Assembly (NCBI GenBank): GCA_041394945.1
Contig: JAWKHH010000005.1
Span: forward strand, 312,740-376,739
DNA: 64,000 nt
Direction: 5' to 3'
DNA from: Bryobacteraceae bacterium
GTDB taxonomy: Bacteria > Acidobacteriota > Terriglobia > Bryobacterales > Bryobacteraceae
In this document: positions 50,000 to 61,839 of the stretch, one piece after another
Layout: each line of letters opens with the position of its first letter
Numbering within the stretch: the first letter of the stretch is position 1
Translations under genes and position numbers: made by a program
The notes under the pieces: model-generated
Seen by the model: only the letters and a program-made list of their open reading frames with translations
Database searches by the model: none
Told to the model about the DNA's origin: nothing

Positions 50000-50908
50000 C
50001 TACCCGGACAGCGCGTCCCGCACGGCGCGCGCGGTGTTAGCGTGGATCTCAACGGTATCTTCGGTGCGCATGGCGTAACCACCGGCCAGCATCACCGCGA
50101 CGGGAATCCCGCGACGGCGCGCCTCGCCGATCACGAGCGCGTCCCGCCGCGCAAGCCCATCCATTGTTAGCGAGAGCCCGCCGAGCTGATCTTCCCCGTA
50201 TGGATCCGCCCCGGCGACATACAGCAGTATCTGCGGCTGAAACCCATCGAGCGCAGTGGTCAGCGCCGTCCCGAGCTTATGCAGGTACTCGTCGTCGCCC
50301 GTGCCGTCGGCGAGGTGGATGTCGATGGTCGAAGGCGGCTTCACCTCCGGGTAGTTTTGAAATTGGTGGATCGACAGCGTGAACACCGAGTCATCGCCCG
50401 CGAAAATGGCCGCCGTCCCATTGCCATGATGGACGTCGCAATCGGCGATCATCACCCGCTCCACCAGTCCCCGCCGCTGCACCGCGCGCGCCGTCACGGC
50501 GATATCGTTGATCGCGCAAAAACCTTCGCCGTGGCCCGCGAACGCATGATGGAACCCCCCGCCGACATTGAACCCGGCTCCGGCTTCGAGCGCATGCCGC
50601 GCCGCGAGCACAGACCCGCCGGCGGCCAGCCAGAATGCCTCCACCATCCGGCTCGAATACGGAATTTCGAGCTTCAGGATCTCCTGATATCCGAGCGTGC
50701 CGAACTTCAACCGCTGCACCCAACCCCGGTCATGCGCGGCGAGGACATCCTCGTCGTCGATCGGCTTCGGCTGGACAAAGTCGGCCTCGCCGGCGAAGCC
50801 GGACGCCAGTAGCCGTTCGCGAATCAACCGGTACTTGCGCGCGGGGAAAACGTGCTCGCCGAGATTCAGATCGTAGCCGGCGTGATAGATCAGCTTGAAT
50901 GGAAGCAT
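50000..50908 (-). CDS. Histone-deacetylase-family protein (AcuC / acetoin-utilisation-like deacetylase)
   Basis: From ORF 50000..50971(-); start MLPFKLIYHAGY. HDAC motifs GGGFHHA, DCDVHHGNGT, GGY. The ATG overlaps the pta stop as ATGA. Confidence 0.75.
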   Translation of the reverse strand: MLPFKLIYHAGYDLNLGEHVFPARKYRLIRERLLASGFAGEADFVQPKPIDDEDVLAAHDRGWVQRLKFGTLGYQEILKLEIPYSSRMVEAFWLAAGGSVLAARHALEAGAGFNVGGGFHHAFAGHGEGFCAINDIAVTARAVQRRGLVERVMIADCDVHHGNGTAAIFAGDDSVFTLSIHQFQNYPEVKPPSTIDIHLADGTGDDEYLHKLGTALTTALDGFQPQILLYVAGADPYGEDQLGGLSLTMDGLARRDALVIGEARRRGIPVAVMLAGGYAMRTEDTVEIHANTARAVRDALSG

Positions 50909-51867
50909 CAACCCTGATCCGCCTGCAAGGCGGTGACCAGAGCCACGCCGTAGATGTCGTTGGCAGAACACCCGCGCGAAAGATCGTTGGCCGGCCTGGC
51001 CAGGCCCTGGAGAAACGGCCCGATCGCCGCCGCCCCGCCCAGCCGTTCCACCAGTTTGTAGCCGATGTTCGCCGCGTTGATGTCGGGGAAGATGAGCGTG
51101 TTCGCCCTGCCGGCGACGGTGGAGCCGGGCGCCTTGGAGCGTCCGACCGCCTCGACCAGCGCCGCGTCGGCCTGCAACTCCGCGTCCACATGGAGTTCCG
51201 GCGCCCGCGCCCGCACGATGCGGAACGCCTCCACGACCGTGTCGGACTTCTTGTGCTTCCCGCTACCCTTGGTCGAAAACGAAAGCATCGCCACCACGGG
51301 CTCGATTCCGAACAGCGCCCGGGTGCTCGCCGCGGTCGCGATGGTGATGTCGGCCAGTTCGGAGGGCGATGGGTCGATCACCATCGCGGGGTCGGCGATG
51401 GTGAGCACCCCGTGGCGTCCGAAAGACCGGTCCCGCACGCAGAGCAGCATGAAGGTGGAAACGGTCTTCACTTTCGGCAGCGCGCCGATGGAATGCAGAG
51501 CCGCCCGAACCGTATCCGCGGTGCTGTTGGCCGCCCCGCCGACGAAGCCATCGGCGTCGCCTGCCGCCACCATGAGACACCCTTGGTACAGCGGCAGCAT
51601 GGCGAGCTCGCCGGCCTCCATGCGCGTCATGCCCTTGGCGCGCCTGCGTTCGTGGAGCAGATCCGCGTACCGGCCGAGACGCGGGTCGGCGGCCGCGTCG
51701 GTGATCAGCACGGGCTCGACAAGGCTTTCGCTCCGGAGGCGCTGCGCCGCTTCGCGCACCCTTGGGTCGTTGCCCTCGGGAAACACGATCCGCTGTCTCC
51801 GGGGAAGCCGGCGCACCCGTTCCGCCTGCAGCGCGAGAAATTCCGTAGCCGAGTCCGGCAGGGCCAT
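50908..51867 (-). CDS. pta: Phosphate acetyltransferase (short Pta type)
   Basis: From ORF 50908..52041(-); start MALPDSATEF. PTA_PTB-family segments FPEGNDPRV and ADINAANIGYKL. 319 aa. Confidence 0.8.
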   Translation of the reverse strand: MALPDSATEFLALQAERVRRLPRRQRIVFPEGNDPRVREAAQRLRSESLVEPVLITDAAADPRLGRYADLLHERRRAKGMTRMEAGELAMLPLYQGCLMVAAGDADGFVGGAANSTADTVRAALHSIGALPKVKTVSTFMLLCVRDRSFGRHGVLTIADPAMVIDPSPSELADITIATAASTRALFGIEPVVAMLSFSTKGSGKHKKSDTVVEAFRIVRARAPELHVDAELQADAALVEAVGRSKAPGSTVAGRANTLIFPDINAANIGYKLVERLGGAAAIGPFLQGLARPANDLSRGCSANDIYGVALVTALQADQG

Positions 51868-51932
51868 ATTCAATCCAGAATACCTGAGCGGCTGTTCCCT
51901 TCCGCGAACGGGTGATGTATTCTGTTCAAACC

Positions 51933-52656
51933 ATGTTCTGTCCAAACTGCGGCGCTCAAAATGACGATACCGTTCAGTTTTGTTCGGCGTGCGGGAAGTC
52001 GATGACGGAAGCCGGCTCGCCCGGCGGCGCGACTCCGCCACCCTACACGCCTCCTCCCTACACCGCCGGACCGGCCGCCGCGCCGTTCGAACCGGGAAAC
52101 GTTACCGTGCAAACCGGCAAATGGATCAGCGATGGATGGAATCTGGTTACCGGAGACTGGGTCACCTTCGGCCTGGCCGCGCTCGTAATGCTGGTGATCA
52201 GTTCGGTAGTGCCATTTATCCTGCAAGGGGCCCTCATTACGGGGCTGCACATCATGGTGAAAAGGAAGATGTTGGTTGGCCAAACCGAGATCGGGGACCT
52301 TTTCAAGGGCTTCAACTACTTCGTTCCGGCGTTGATCGTGAATCTCCTGGTGACGGTCTTCGCCATGATCGGGATGCTCGCCTGCATCATCCCCGCGTTC
52401 GTCGTCGGGGCGATGTACATGTTCCCGTACCTGTTCGTCGTGGATCGCAAGATGGAGTTTTGGCCCGCCATGCAGGCCTCGCACGCCATCGTGAAGAAAG
52501 ACTACCTCGGCTTCACCCTCTTTTTCCTCGCTTTGGTTGGCCTTCAGATCCTCGGCGCGCTCGCCTGCATCGTCGGCATTCTGATCACCCTGCCGATGAT
52601 GTTCGCCGCCATCACAGCGGCCTACCGCGACATCGCCGGGTTCCAATCGGGCCCCG

Positions 52657-52664
<8 letters not shown>
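51933..52664 (+). CDS. Zinc-ribbon domain membrane protein (N-terminal CxxC-x13-CxxC, Pro-rich linker, 4-5 TM helices)
   Basis: From ORF 51912..52664(+); ATG 51933. MFCPNCGAQ...CSACG, then PPPYTPPPYT, then hydrophobic helices. Confidence 0.5.
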
Positions 52665-54085
<1,421 letters not shown>

Positions 54086-54231
54086 TCAGTCCGCCTCGCC
54101 GCCAGACGGCGAATCTTGCGTGGGAGGATCCCGACCCGTGGACGAAAGTACAGTCAAAATCGTCGCCGCTATCCTTGCGGTCCTTTGCGTCGTCGCTATC
54201 ATGATGCGCCGAAAGGGGAAAAAGCCAAAGA

Positions 54232-54714
54232 GTGCCAGCGAAGACGAGTTCTAAAGCATCCTCCGCAAGTTCGCCGGCTCCGCCTCCGATCGATGCCCAT
54301 TACTGCAAGTTCCGGCTTCGCATCGGACCATCGAAGATTCACCGGTGGGGTGTCTTCGCCGCTCAAGACATCCCTCGCAACCGGAAGATCATCGAATATA
54401 CCGGCGAACTGATCAGCCGGCGCGAAACCAAACGCCGGGCCGACGCGAGCGAGCACATCTACCTGTTCACGGTAAACTCCTACTGGTGCAAGGACGGATC
54501 GGTGGGCGGCAGCGGCGCTGAGTACATCAACCACTGCTGCGAGCCGAACGTCCGCGCCGTTGTCATCAAAGGTCACATCCTCTACATGGCGATGCGCGAC
54601 ATCCGCGCCGGCGAGGAACTCACCATCGACTACAATTTCGACAAGCACGTCGAAAAAGTCTCTTGCATCTGCGGCGCATCCAAGTGCCGCGGCACCATCA
54701 ACGTCGTCGACTGA
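54232..54714 (+). CDS. SET-domain protein (putative protein-lysine methyltransferase)
   Basis: ORF 54232..54714(+); GTG start. SET motifs RWGVFAAQDI, NHCCEPN (NHSCxPN), ELTIDY. Post-SET Cys cluster CICGASKC. Confidence 0.65.
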   Translation: MPAKTSSKASSASSPAPPPIDAHYCKFRLRIGPSKIHRWGVFAAQDIPRNRKIIEYTGELISRRETKRRADASEHIYLFTVNSYWCKDGSVGGSGAEYINHCCEPNVRAVVIKGHILYMAMRDIRAGEELTIDYNFDKHVEKVSCICGASKCRGTINVVD

Positions 54715-54752
54715 CCGCCCGCAGCGGGCCTGCTGGCTACCGGCGTGCAGGA

Positions 54753-56213
54753 ATGAGTCCGAAAGGACTCATTGCCATGAACCTCGCTGTCACGTGCGTT
54801 CTGGCTCTCGCCGCGATTCCTCTCCTCAAGGCGAATCCTCCGATGCGGGAGCCCCCCTCCAACCCCGCCGTCGAGCATGCCTTTGACGAGGCTCTTCGAC
54901 AATCCTACGAACAACTCTTCGCCACGGCGGCCGGTCTCGAATTCTCGAAACCGCAGATCGAACGCAGGCGCAAATTCGAAGGGCAGGCCGGCGGCGACTG
55001 CAGGGAAAAGTTCAAGACCCTCGAGAAGCGCTTCGAGAATCGCGGGAGCGATCTCGAAAAGGACCTGAAGCGCCGGACAAGATCCCTCTCCGACACCGAA
55101 CGGAGCGGCATTCGGTGCGAAATCCTCGAATGCCGCGCCCGGCGCGCCCAGGCCGATCATTTCCAAAGCACGGTGATCCCCAATGCCTACGCCAACCGGA
55201 TCGCCAAACTCACTCTCATTGAGGAATGGCCCGCCGAGGAGCTGCGCATCGCTGAGGCCCTGCGTTCGGGCGAGTATCGGAACCGGCGGTGGGCGGATGT
55301 CAAAGACATCGGCTTCCGCGGCGTTGGCGACGGCCAGGAAAAAGATATCAAGAAAGGCAGCGAAGCGATCGAGGAGATGCGCCGCAACGGCATGCTTCCT
55401 CGAACGCTCACCGACTCCGAAGTGACCTCCTACGTCAACGGGCTCGCTGAAACGATCGCCGCACACAGCGATCTCCGGGCGCCAGTGAAAGTCACTCTTC
55501 TCGATTCCCCCGAAGTGAATGCGTTCGCCCTGCCGGGCGGCTTCCTGTTCATCAATCGCGGTTTGCTCGAGGCCGTCGAGAGCGATTCCCAGCTCGCCGG
55601 CGTGATCGCCCACGAGATCTCCCACGCCGCCGCCCGGCACGGACACCGTTTGATGCGGCGCGCCACGATCGCCAGCATCTTCTACCAGGCGGCCCAAGTG
55701 GCCGCGCTCGTCTTCACCGGCGGCGCCGGCATTGGAACCTACTACGCCATGCAGTACGGCTTCTATGGACTGGGCCTTGTCCTCAGCCTCGATCTCCTTG
55801 GTGTGAGCCGCGACTTCGAACTCGAAGCCGACCAGTTGGGCATTCAATACGCCTGGAACGCCGGCTACGACCCGCGCGGATTCATCCAGTTCTTTGACCG
55901 GATGGCCACCCGAGAAGGCTACATCCGTGGGGCGAGCTGGTTTCGCACCCACCCGCCGTTCTACGAGCGGATGGTCCACTCCGAACGCGAGATCCGATTC
56001 CTGCCGCCGCGGGAACAATGGATGGTCCGGACCACCGCCTTCGACGCCATGCGCGACCGTCTCCGCACACTGCCCGTACCCAAGGGTCCACCCGTGCCCG
56101 GCCGAACGCACGGCAAAACGCCTTCCCTGAGCGCTCCGAGCCTCGATTGCCCCAAGCCGAAGCTCGACTACTCAGACAACGATCCCCTCGAGAAGCTCTG
56201 CGCTCCGCTTTAG
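54753..56213 (+). CDS. M48-family zinc metallopeptidase
   Basis: Internal start MSPKGLIAMNLAV of ORF 54663..56213(+). N-terminal TM or signal. HExxH as IAHEISHAAARH. Downstream Glu in EADQLG. Confidence 0.75.
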   Translation: MSPKGLIAMNLAVTCVLALAAIPLLKANPPMREPPSNPAVEHAFDEALRQSYEQLFATAAGLEFSKPQIERRRKFEGQAGGDCREKFKTLEKRFENRGSDLEKDLKRRTRSLSDTERSGIRCEILECRARRAQADHFQSTVIPNAYANRIAKLTLIEEWPAEELRIAEALRSGEYRNRRWADVKDIGFRGVGDGQEKDIKKGSEAIEEMRRNGMLPRTLTDSEVTSYVNGLAETIAAHSDLRAPVKVTLLDSPEVNAFALPGGFLFINRGLLEAVESDSQLAGVIAHEISHAAARHGHRLMRRATIASIFYQAAQVAALVFTGGAGIGTYYAMQYGFYGLGLVLSLDLLGVSRDFELEADQLGIQYAWNAGYDPRGFIQFFDRMATREGYIRGASWFRTHPPFYERMVHSEREIRFLPPREQWMVRTTAFDAMRDRLRTLPVPKGPPVPGRTHGKTPSLSAPSLDCPKPKLDYSDNDPLEKLCAPL

Positions 56214-56247
56214 CTCCGCTTCCGCCGGCGCGAGCAAGCGCACGCCG

Positions 56248-57261
56248 CTATGGTTCGGATTCCAACGGGGCGAACAGGATAGCCTCCATCGCCCGGATCA
56301 GTTCCGGGATGCCCTTGCCTGTCACGGCTGAGATCGCATAGAAAGGCAGCCCACGGCGTTTCGCCATCCGCCGCAGGTTGTCGACCCGCTTGGCGTCCTG
56401 CGCGACATCGACCTTCGACGCCGCTACGATCATCGGCTTCGCCGCCAGTTCGGGGCTGAAGCTTTCCAGTTCTTTCATTACCACGCGAAAATCATGCGAC
56501 GGCTGGCGCGCCGTGTACTCGGAGACGTCCACCAGGTGAACGAGCAACCTGGTCCGCTCGATGTGTTTCAGAAAACGGGCGCCCAATCCGGCGCCTTCGT
56601 GCGCGCCTTCGATCAGGCCCGGAATGTCGGCGACCACGAAAGTCCGGCCGTCTTCGAGGTTCACCACACCCAGGTTCGGCTCCAGCGTGGTGAACGGATA
56701 GTCGGCGATCTTGGGACGCGCGGCCGAGACGCGTGAGATCAGAGTGGATTTGCCGGCGTTGGGGAACCCGACGAGCCCGGCGTCGGCCAGAAGCTTCAAT
56801 TCAAGCCGCAGGTGCTTCGCCTCGCCGGGGAAGCCGTCCTCATGCTCGGTGGGCGCCTGGCGCCAGGGTTTGGCGAAGTGGATATTGCCGCGCCCGCCGC
56901 GGCCGCCGTGCGCCACCACCACGCGCTCGCCGTGGGCCGTGAAGTCCGCCACCAGTTCGCCGGAGTCCTCATCGTAGACGACGGTCCCTACCGGCACCGG
57001 CAGTTCCACCGGTCGCCCGTCGCGGCCCGTCCTCATGCTACCCTCGCCGTGCCGGCCGCGCTCGGCCTTGTGCTCCGGATTGAACCGGAAATGGAGGAGG
57101 GTGTTGTAGTGCTGATTGGCCACCAGCACGACGTCCCCGCCCTTGCCTCCGTCGCCGCCGCTTGGCCCCCCGCGTGGAACGTACTTCTCGCGGCGGAAGG
57201 CGAGGCACCCGTTGCCCCCGTCGCCGGCTTTCACCTGGATGCGTACTTCGTCGATGAACAT
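56248..57261 (-). CDS. obg: GTPase Obg/CgtA
   Basis: ORF 56248..57261(-). Gly-rich Obg N-terminal fold. G1 [10 protein letters not shown]3 [10 protein letters not shown]4 ASKVD. Confidence 0.9.
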   Translation of the reverse strand: MFIDEVRIQVKAGDGGNGCLAFRREKYVPRGGPSGGDGGKGGDVVLVANQHYNTLLHFRFNPEHKAERGRHGEGSMRTGRDGRPVELPVPVGTVVYDEDSGELVADFTAHGERVVVAHGGRGGRGNIHFAKPWRQAPTEHEDGFPGEAKHLRLELKLLADAGLVGFPNAGKSTLISRVSAARPKIADYPFTTLEPNLGVVNLEDGRTFVVADIPGLIEGAHEGAGLGARFLKHIERTRLLVHLVDVSEYTARQPSHDFRVVMKELESFSPELAAKPMIVAASKVDVAQDAKRVDNLRRMAKRRGLPFYAISAVTGKGIPELIRAMEAILFAPLESEP

Positions 57262-57326
57262 GACGGAAAAACGAAAAGCCGCCGCGGTTCACCCTGCGGC
57301 GGCCTCAACGAACTTGGATGCGGAAA

Positions 57327-57584
57327 TCAGGCGTCGGTTCGAATGCTGATGAACTTGCCGAGCCGTCCGCGGTCCCGGAACTCCACCACGCCGGGGACTT
57401 TCGCAAACAGCGTGTCGTCCTTGCCGATGCCCACGTTCTCGCCGGGATAATACTTCGTACCCCGCTGCCGGACGAGGATCGAGCCGCCGGTGACCGTCTC
57501 GCCGCCGAATGCCTTCACTCCGAGCCTCTGCGCGTGCGAATCGCGCCCGTTCTTGGAACTGCCCAGCCCTTTTTTATGCGCCAT
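57327..57584 (-). CDS. rpmA: 50S ribosomal protein L27
   Basis: ORF 57327..57584(-), 85 aa. [16 protein letters not shown] signature. Confidence 0.9.
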   Translation of the reverse strand: MAHKKGLGSSKNGRDSHAQRLGVKAFGGETVTGGSILVRQRGTKYYPGENVGIGKDDTLFAKVPGVVEFRDRGRLGKFISIRTDA

Positions 57585-57611
57585 TGATCAAACTCCTCTC
57601 CCCTGCCGTCC

Positions 57612-57920
57612 TTACGCCTGGATCTCGTTGACCTTGACGGCGGTGTAATACTGCCGGTGGCCGATCGTCCGCTTGTACTGCTTCTTGCGCTTGAACTTGA
57701 AAACGATCACCTTGGCCGCGCGGTCCTGCTCGGTGATGGTACCGAGCACCTTCACGCTGTCCGTAGCTTCACCGGTGGTCACCGCCCCGTCGTTCACCAG
57801 AGCAACCACGCGCCCGAGTTCCACCTGAGAGCCAACCTCGCCCGGTAGCTTGTCGACGCGAACCGTCTCGCCAGTGGCGACCCGATACTGCTTGCCGCCT
57901 GTCTCGATGACTGCGTACAT
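57612..57920 (-). CDS. rplU: 50S ribosomal protein L21
   Basis: Internal start [12 protein letters not shown] of ORF 57612..58013(-). 102 aa. Confidence 0.9.
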   Translation of the reverse strand: MYAVIETGGKQYRVATGETVRVDKLPGEVGSQVELGRVVALVNDGAVTTGEATDSVKVLGTITEQDRAAKVIVFKFKRKKQYKRTIGHRQYYTAVKVNEIQA

Positions 57921-58231
57921 GGTCTTACCTCGAATTCCGATTATTCGGTGGTCAGGCGCAAGCCCGACCTCAGCCGTTACGGAGAGGGGATCGCGCAGAA
58001 ACCGAATTCTCATTTTGCCACGATGGGCCGTGGTCGTGCAAATCGGCCGCCCGCGGGGGTGCGCAAGGCCGGTCCGGCTACCGCTCCGGCGGCGACGAGC
58101 CCCAGAGGCTGAACAGCATCCCTACAATCGCGATCGCCGGGATAAACATGGTGAGATACATGGCTGGTTCCTGCTTCCACATTGATACGCGCAATCCACT
58201 CCCTAGAACAGGTCACCAACCGGGAATTTTC

Positions 58232-59725
58232 TCAGCGCCTGCCGACATACTCGCCGAACACGCGCCGCATCGCGTCGGAGATCTCGCCCACCGTGCACGC
58301 GGATCGCCCCGCCTTGAGGATCGCAGGCATCAGGTTCTCACCGCCCCGCGCGGCCTCCTCCACCGACGACAGGGCCGCTGAGATCGCTGCCGCATCGCGG
58401 TCCTTCTTCCATCCCGCGAACCGCTCCACCTGCGCCCGCTCCAGTTCCGGATCCAGCCGGAATGTGGGTAGCGGCGCTTCCTCCCGTCGATACCGGTTCA
58501 CACCCACCACCACGCGCTCGCCAGACTCCACGTCCCGCTGATAGCGGTAGGCTTCCCATTCGATTTCCCCCTGCGGCCACCCCGCCTCAATCGCCGCCAG
58601 CATCCCGCCCATCTCCGTCACCCGCCCGATGATCGCTTCCGCTTCCGCCTCGATCCGGTCCGTCATCTCCTCGATCGCCACGGAACCTCCCAAGGGATCT
58701 GCCGTCGCGGCGATACCGGTTTCGTAGGCGAGGATCTGCTGCGTCCGCAGCGCCAGGCGCGCGGATTCCTCGGTCGGCAACGCCAGAGCCTCATCGCGTC
58801 CGTTCGTGTGAAGGGACTGCGTTCCGCCAAGCACCGCCGCCAACGCCTGTACCGTCACCCGCACCAGGTTGTTGTCCGGCTGCTGTGCGGCCAGCGATGC
58901 GCCGGACGTCTGCGAATGAAACCGCAACATTGCCGACCGGGGATCGCGCACGCCGTACCGCCCGGTCATGATGCGCGCATACAGCCGGCGCGCTGCGCGG
59001 AACTTCGCCGTCTCCTCGAGCAGATCGCTCGACGCATTGAAGAAGAACGAAAGGCGCGGCGCGAACGCGTCCGGGGTCAGTCCGGCCGCGATGGCCGCGT
59101 CTACGTAGGCGATCGCGTTCGCGAGCGTAAACCCCACCTCCTGCGCCGCCGACGAGCCCGCCTCCCGAATGTGATACCCGCTGATCGAGATACTGTTCCA
59201 CTGCGGCAGCTCCCGCGCCGTCCAGGCGAACAGATCGGTGATGATCCGCATCGCGGCGCGCGGCGGGTAGATATAGGTTCCGCGGGCGATGTACTCCTTC
59301 AGGAGATCGTTCTGAATGGTGCCGGAGAGCTTGCGGCGATCAGCCCCCTGCCGGTCCGCCGCCAGCACATAGAAGGCGAGCAGAATCGCGGCCGTCGAGT
59401 TGATCGTCATCGACGTCGTGATCGCTTCGAGCGGAATCCCTTCGAACAGCCGCTCCATGTCGGCCGCCGAACAGATGGCGACGCCCACACGCCCCACTTC
59501 GCCTGCCGCCAGCGGATGGTCGGAATCGAGCCCCATTTGGGTGGGAAGGTCGAAGGCAACAGAGAGTCCGGTGGTTCCCTGCGAAAGCAGGTAGCGATAG
59601 CGGGAGTTGCTCTCCTCAGCCGTACCGAAGCCCGCATACTGGCGCATCGTCCAGAGCCGACGCCGGAACATTTCCGGGTAAATGCCGCGCGTGTATGGGA
59701 ACTCGCCGGGGTTGTCCGAACTCAC
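58232..59725 (-). CDS. Methylmalonyl-CoA mutase family protein, large-subunit catalytic (TIM-barrel) domain only, no B12-binding domain
   Basis: ORF 58232..59725(-), 497 aa. Acyl-CoA mutase substrate-domain signatures [26 protein letters not shown]. Ends before any Rossmann B12 domain. Confidence 0.75.
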   Translation of the reverse strand: MSSDNPGEFPYTRGIYPEMFRRRLWTMRQYAGFGTAEESNSRYRYLLSQGTTGLSVAFDLPTQMGLDSDHPLAAGEVGRVGVAICSAADMERLFEGIPLEAITTSMTINSTAAILLAFYVLAADRQGADRRKLSGTIQNDLLKEYIARGTYIYPPRAAMRIITDLFAWTARELPQWNSISISGYHIREAGSSAAQEVGFTLANAIAYVDAAIAAGLTPDAFAPRLSFFFNASSDLLEETAKFRAARRLYARIMTGRYGVRDPRSAMLRFHSQTSGASLAAQQPDNNLVRVTVQALAAVLGGTQSLHTNGRDEALALPTEESARLALRTQQILAYETGIAATADPLGGSVAIEEMTDRIEAEAEAIIGRVTEMGGMLAAIEAGWPQGEIEWEAYRYQRDVESGERVVVGVNRYRREEAPLPTFRLDPELERAQVERFAGWKKDRDAAAISAALSSVEEAARGGENLMPAILKAGRSACTVGEISDAMRRVFGEYVGRR

Positions 59726-59743
59726 CCCTTCAGTCTACCCGCG

Positions 59744-60253
59744 TCAATCGGTGGGCGTGACCCAGGCGCGGTCGATCTCGACGAGTACGCTCCGCTGCAG
59801 CAGGGTGACGGAAAGCACCAGGCGAAGCGAGCGCTTCACCTCCACCACCTTGCCCTCTAGGCCCGCCAATGGACCGTCGTCAATCCGGACGGTTTCTCCA
59901 GCTAACGGGTGGTCCTCGCAGGGCTCACACTCAAGCTCGTTATCGCAGACCTTGCGCAGCGCGTCGATCTCTTCTTCGTCTACTTCCGCGCATCCCCGCC
60001 CGAAACCAACGATGTCCACCACTCCCGGGGTCGCCAGCACCGCGCCCTTGGTCGCCGGATTGAACCGGCAGAACACATATCCCGGAAATAGAGGTAAATC
60101 TACGGCTTGGATCCGATCGCTCCACTTCCGCCGACTCCTGTAGAGCGGAACGAACGGCTCGTATCCCCGGCTTTCGAGCAAAGATCCCGCCATTTTTTCA
60201 TGGCGTGACCTGACTCGCAGGGCGAACCACGGAAAACAGCCTCGGTCAAACAT
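59744..60253 (-). CDS. NusG-family transcription antiterminator paralog (NGN plus KOW domains)
   Basis: ORF 59744..60253(-), 169 aa. WFALRVRSRHE...PLFPGYVF (NGN). GETVRIDDGPLAGLEGKVVEV (KOW). It is upstream of the mutase-family gene, not in a nusG-secE-rplK context. Confidence 0.65.
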   Translation of the reverse strand: MFDRGCFPWFALRVRSRHEKMAGSLLESRGYEPFVPLYRSRRKWSDRIQAVDLPLFPGYVFCRFNPATKGAVLATPGVVDIVGFGRGCAEVDEEEIDALRKVCDNELECEPCEDHPLAGETVRIDDGPLAGLEGKVVEVKRSLRLVLSVTLLQRSVLVEIDRAWVTPTD

Positions 60254-60497
60254 AGCCCTCTCGCGCGCTCTTCAAACGTCGATTCGATGAAAAACGCCTC
60301 ACTCCTTGCGTTAAGTGCCCCTCCCGGCGCAGGCAGCTAACCGCAGTATCCGGGCAAACCACCCTCATGTCAAGACTGAACTGAGAGCCCACGCTGGAAT
60401 CAGCTCATTGGAGTGTAAAATGCGATAAAAGTACTAATATTCCCGGCGTTAAAGTACCGGAACGAAAACTCGAATCGTTCTAGTCCAATAGTCCCGG

Positions 60498-61770
60498 TTA
60501 CTCGACCGTCCGGACCAGCTTCTCGAGTACGCCCAAATCCTGTGGCCGTGTTGACGATGTTGCGATCCTTGGTCCCAACGGTCGCGATACCAGTTGCAGT
60601 TCTCGAAGACATCGTAGTGATCCTTGCGCCACTTCGTGAATCGTTCGCGACACTTCGCGAGCTTCTTCGCCTGTCCACGATCCAGGTATGCCGGTTGTCA
60701 CGGATAGCGCGCCATTCCGTGCCGTCGCGCCACGCCGCTGTCGCGCCCATCCCCTGTAGATAGGCCGCGTCTCGCGTTCGCTTCCTCTCGCCGAGCGCCA
60801 CACCGGCGAAGCTCTCCCGTTCCACGGCCGCGGCGCGGAGGGCTCCATCATGTCGAGCAAAGTGGGCATAATGTCCGGCGAATGGAAACGCGCATCCATC
60901 ATCCGCCCAGATTCTCGAAGTAATCGGCCGGCGGGGTGGCCCAGGCATCGGCATAGGGATCGCGCTGCTCGGAGTAGTTGGGCCGCGCCGGGAGCTTCTT
61001 GTTGCGGAATCACTCCGCATACTCGGGCGGAACGTTGTTCCAGGCCCAAGGATCGTGCGGTGGACACCACGAAAGAACCATGGCGAACGGCTGCTCTTGT
61101 TTCGATGCTCCCGGCACCCAGTCGATCGCCATGTTGGTTTGCGAATCCGGTTCGTAGATCTTGCGGATCTCCCGACGCGGCGTATCCCGGAAGTAAGGCG
61201 AATCGTAGTAAGTGTGGTTGAAGTTGTATGCCGCCCAGTAACCATCGAACCCCATGTGGTTTGGCCCCGGAGGTGCGAAGCCGTTCCGCGTCTCGTCGTG
61301 ATGGCCCAGTTCGTTGGCCCAGAGATGCCACTTCCCCAGGTATGCCGTCCGGTAGCCCGCCTGTGTCGCCACGTGCCCGAAGCACTCGTGGTTCGGGCTC
61401 ATGCGCAGTTCGTTGATCACCATCCCCGTGGACGACTGCTACTTCACCGGTCATCAACGTCGCGCGGTACGGCGCACATACCGGCGACGAGGCCACCGCC
61501 GCGCCGAAGCTGAAGCTCTCGGCGACGAGCCGGTCGATGTTCGGCGTCTGTGCGTGTTCGTCGCCCGCATAGCCCCAGCGATGGTGCCCAAGCTGATCGG
61601 CGAAAACGAAACAAGGTTCGGCCGGCGCTGCCGGGCTCCGGCCTTTCCCGTAGCCAGCGTGGCGCCGCCGAGGGCCGCGGCGAAGGTCCGGCGATCGATC
61701 GTCGAATGCGCGTGAGCGCGGCTCACCCGGCATGCTCCAGGTGAAACGGGTCCTCTTGGCCGCCGCGCGA
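60498..61770 (-). pseudogene. Tat-secreted sulfatase disrupted by at least 3 frameshifts
   Basis: Sulfatase pieces lie in three minus-strand frames. Tat signal plus RPNLV is in ORF 61454..61822. CFVFADQLG...CAPYRATLMTG (C-x-P-x-R active site) is in ORF 60498..61733. YRTAYLGKWHL is in ORF 61010..61423. DIMPTLLDMM returns to the first frame near the 3' end. Confidence 0.55.
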
Positions 61771-61839
61771 TGGTCGATGCATCTTCAGCAACGATCTCGC
61801 GCCGATCGTAGCGGCCGCACAACCCGGGCCGCTGGCGGG

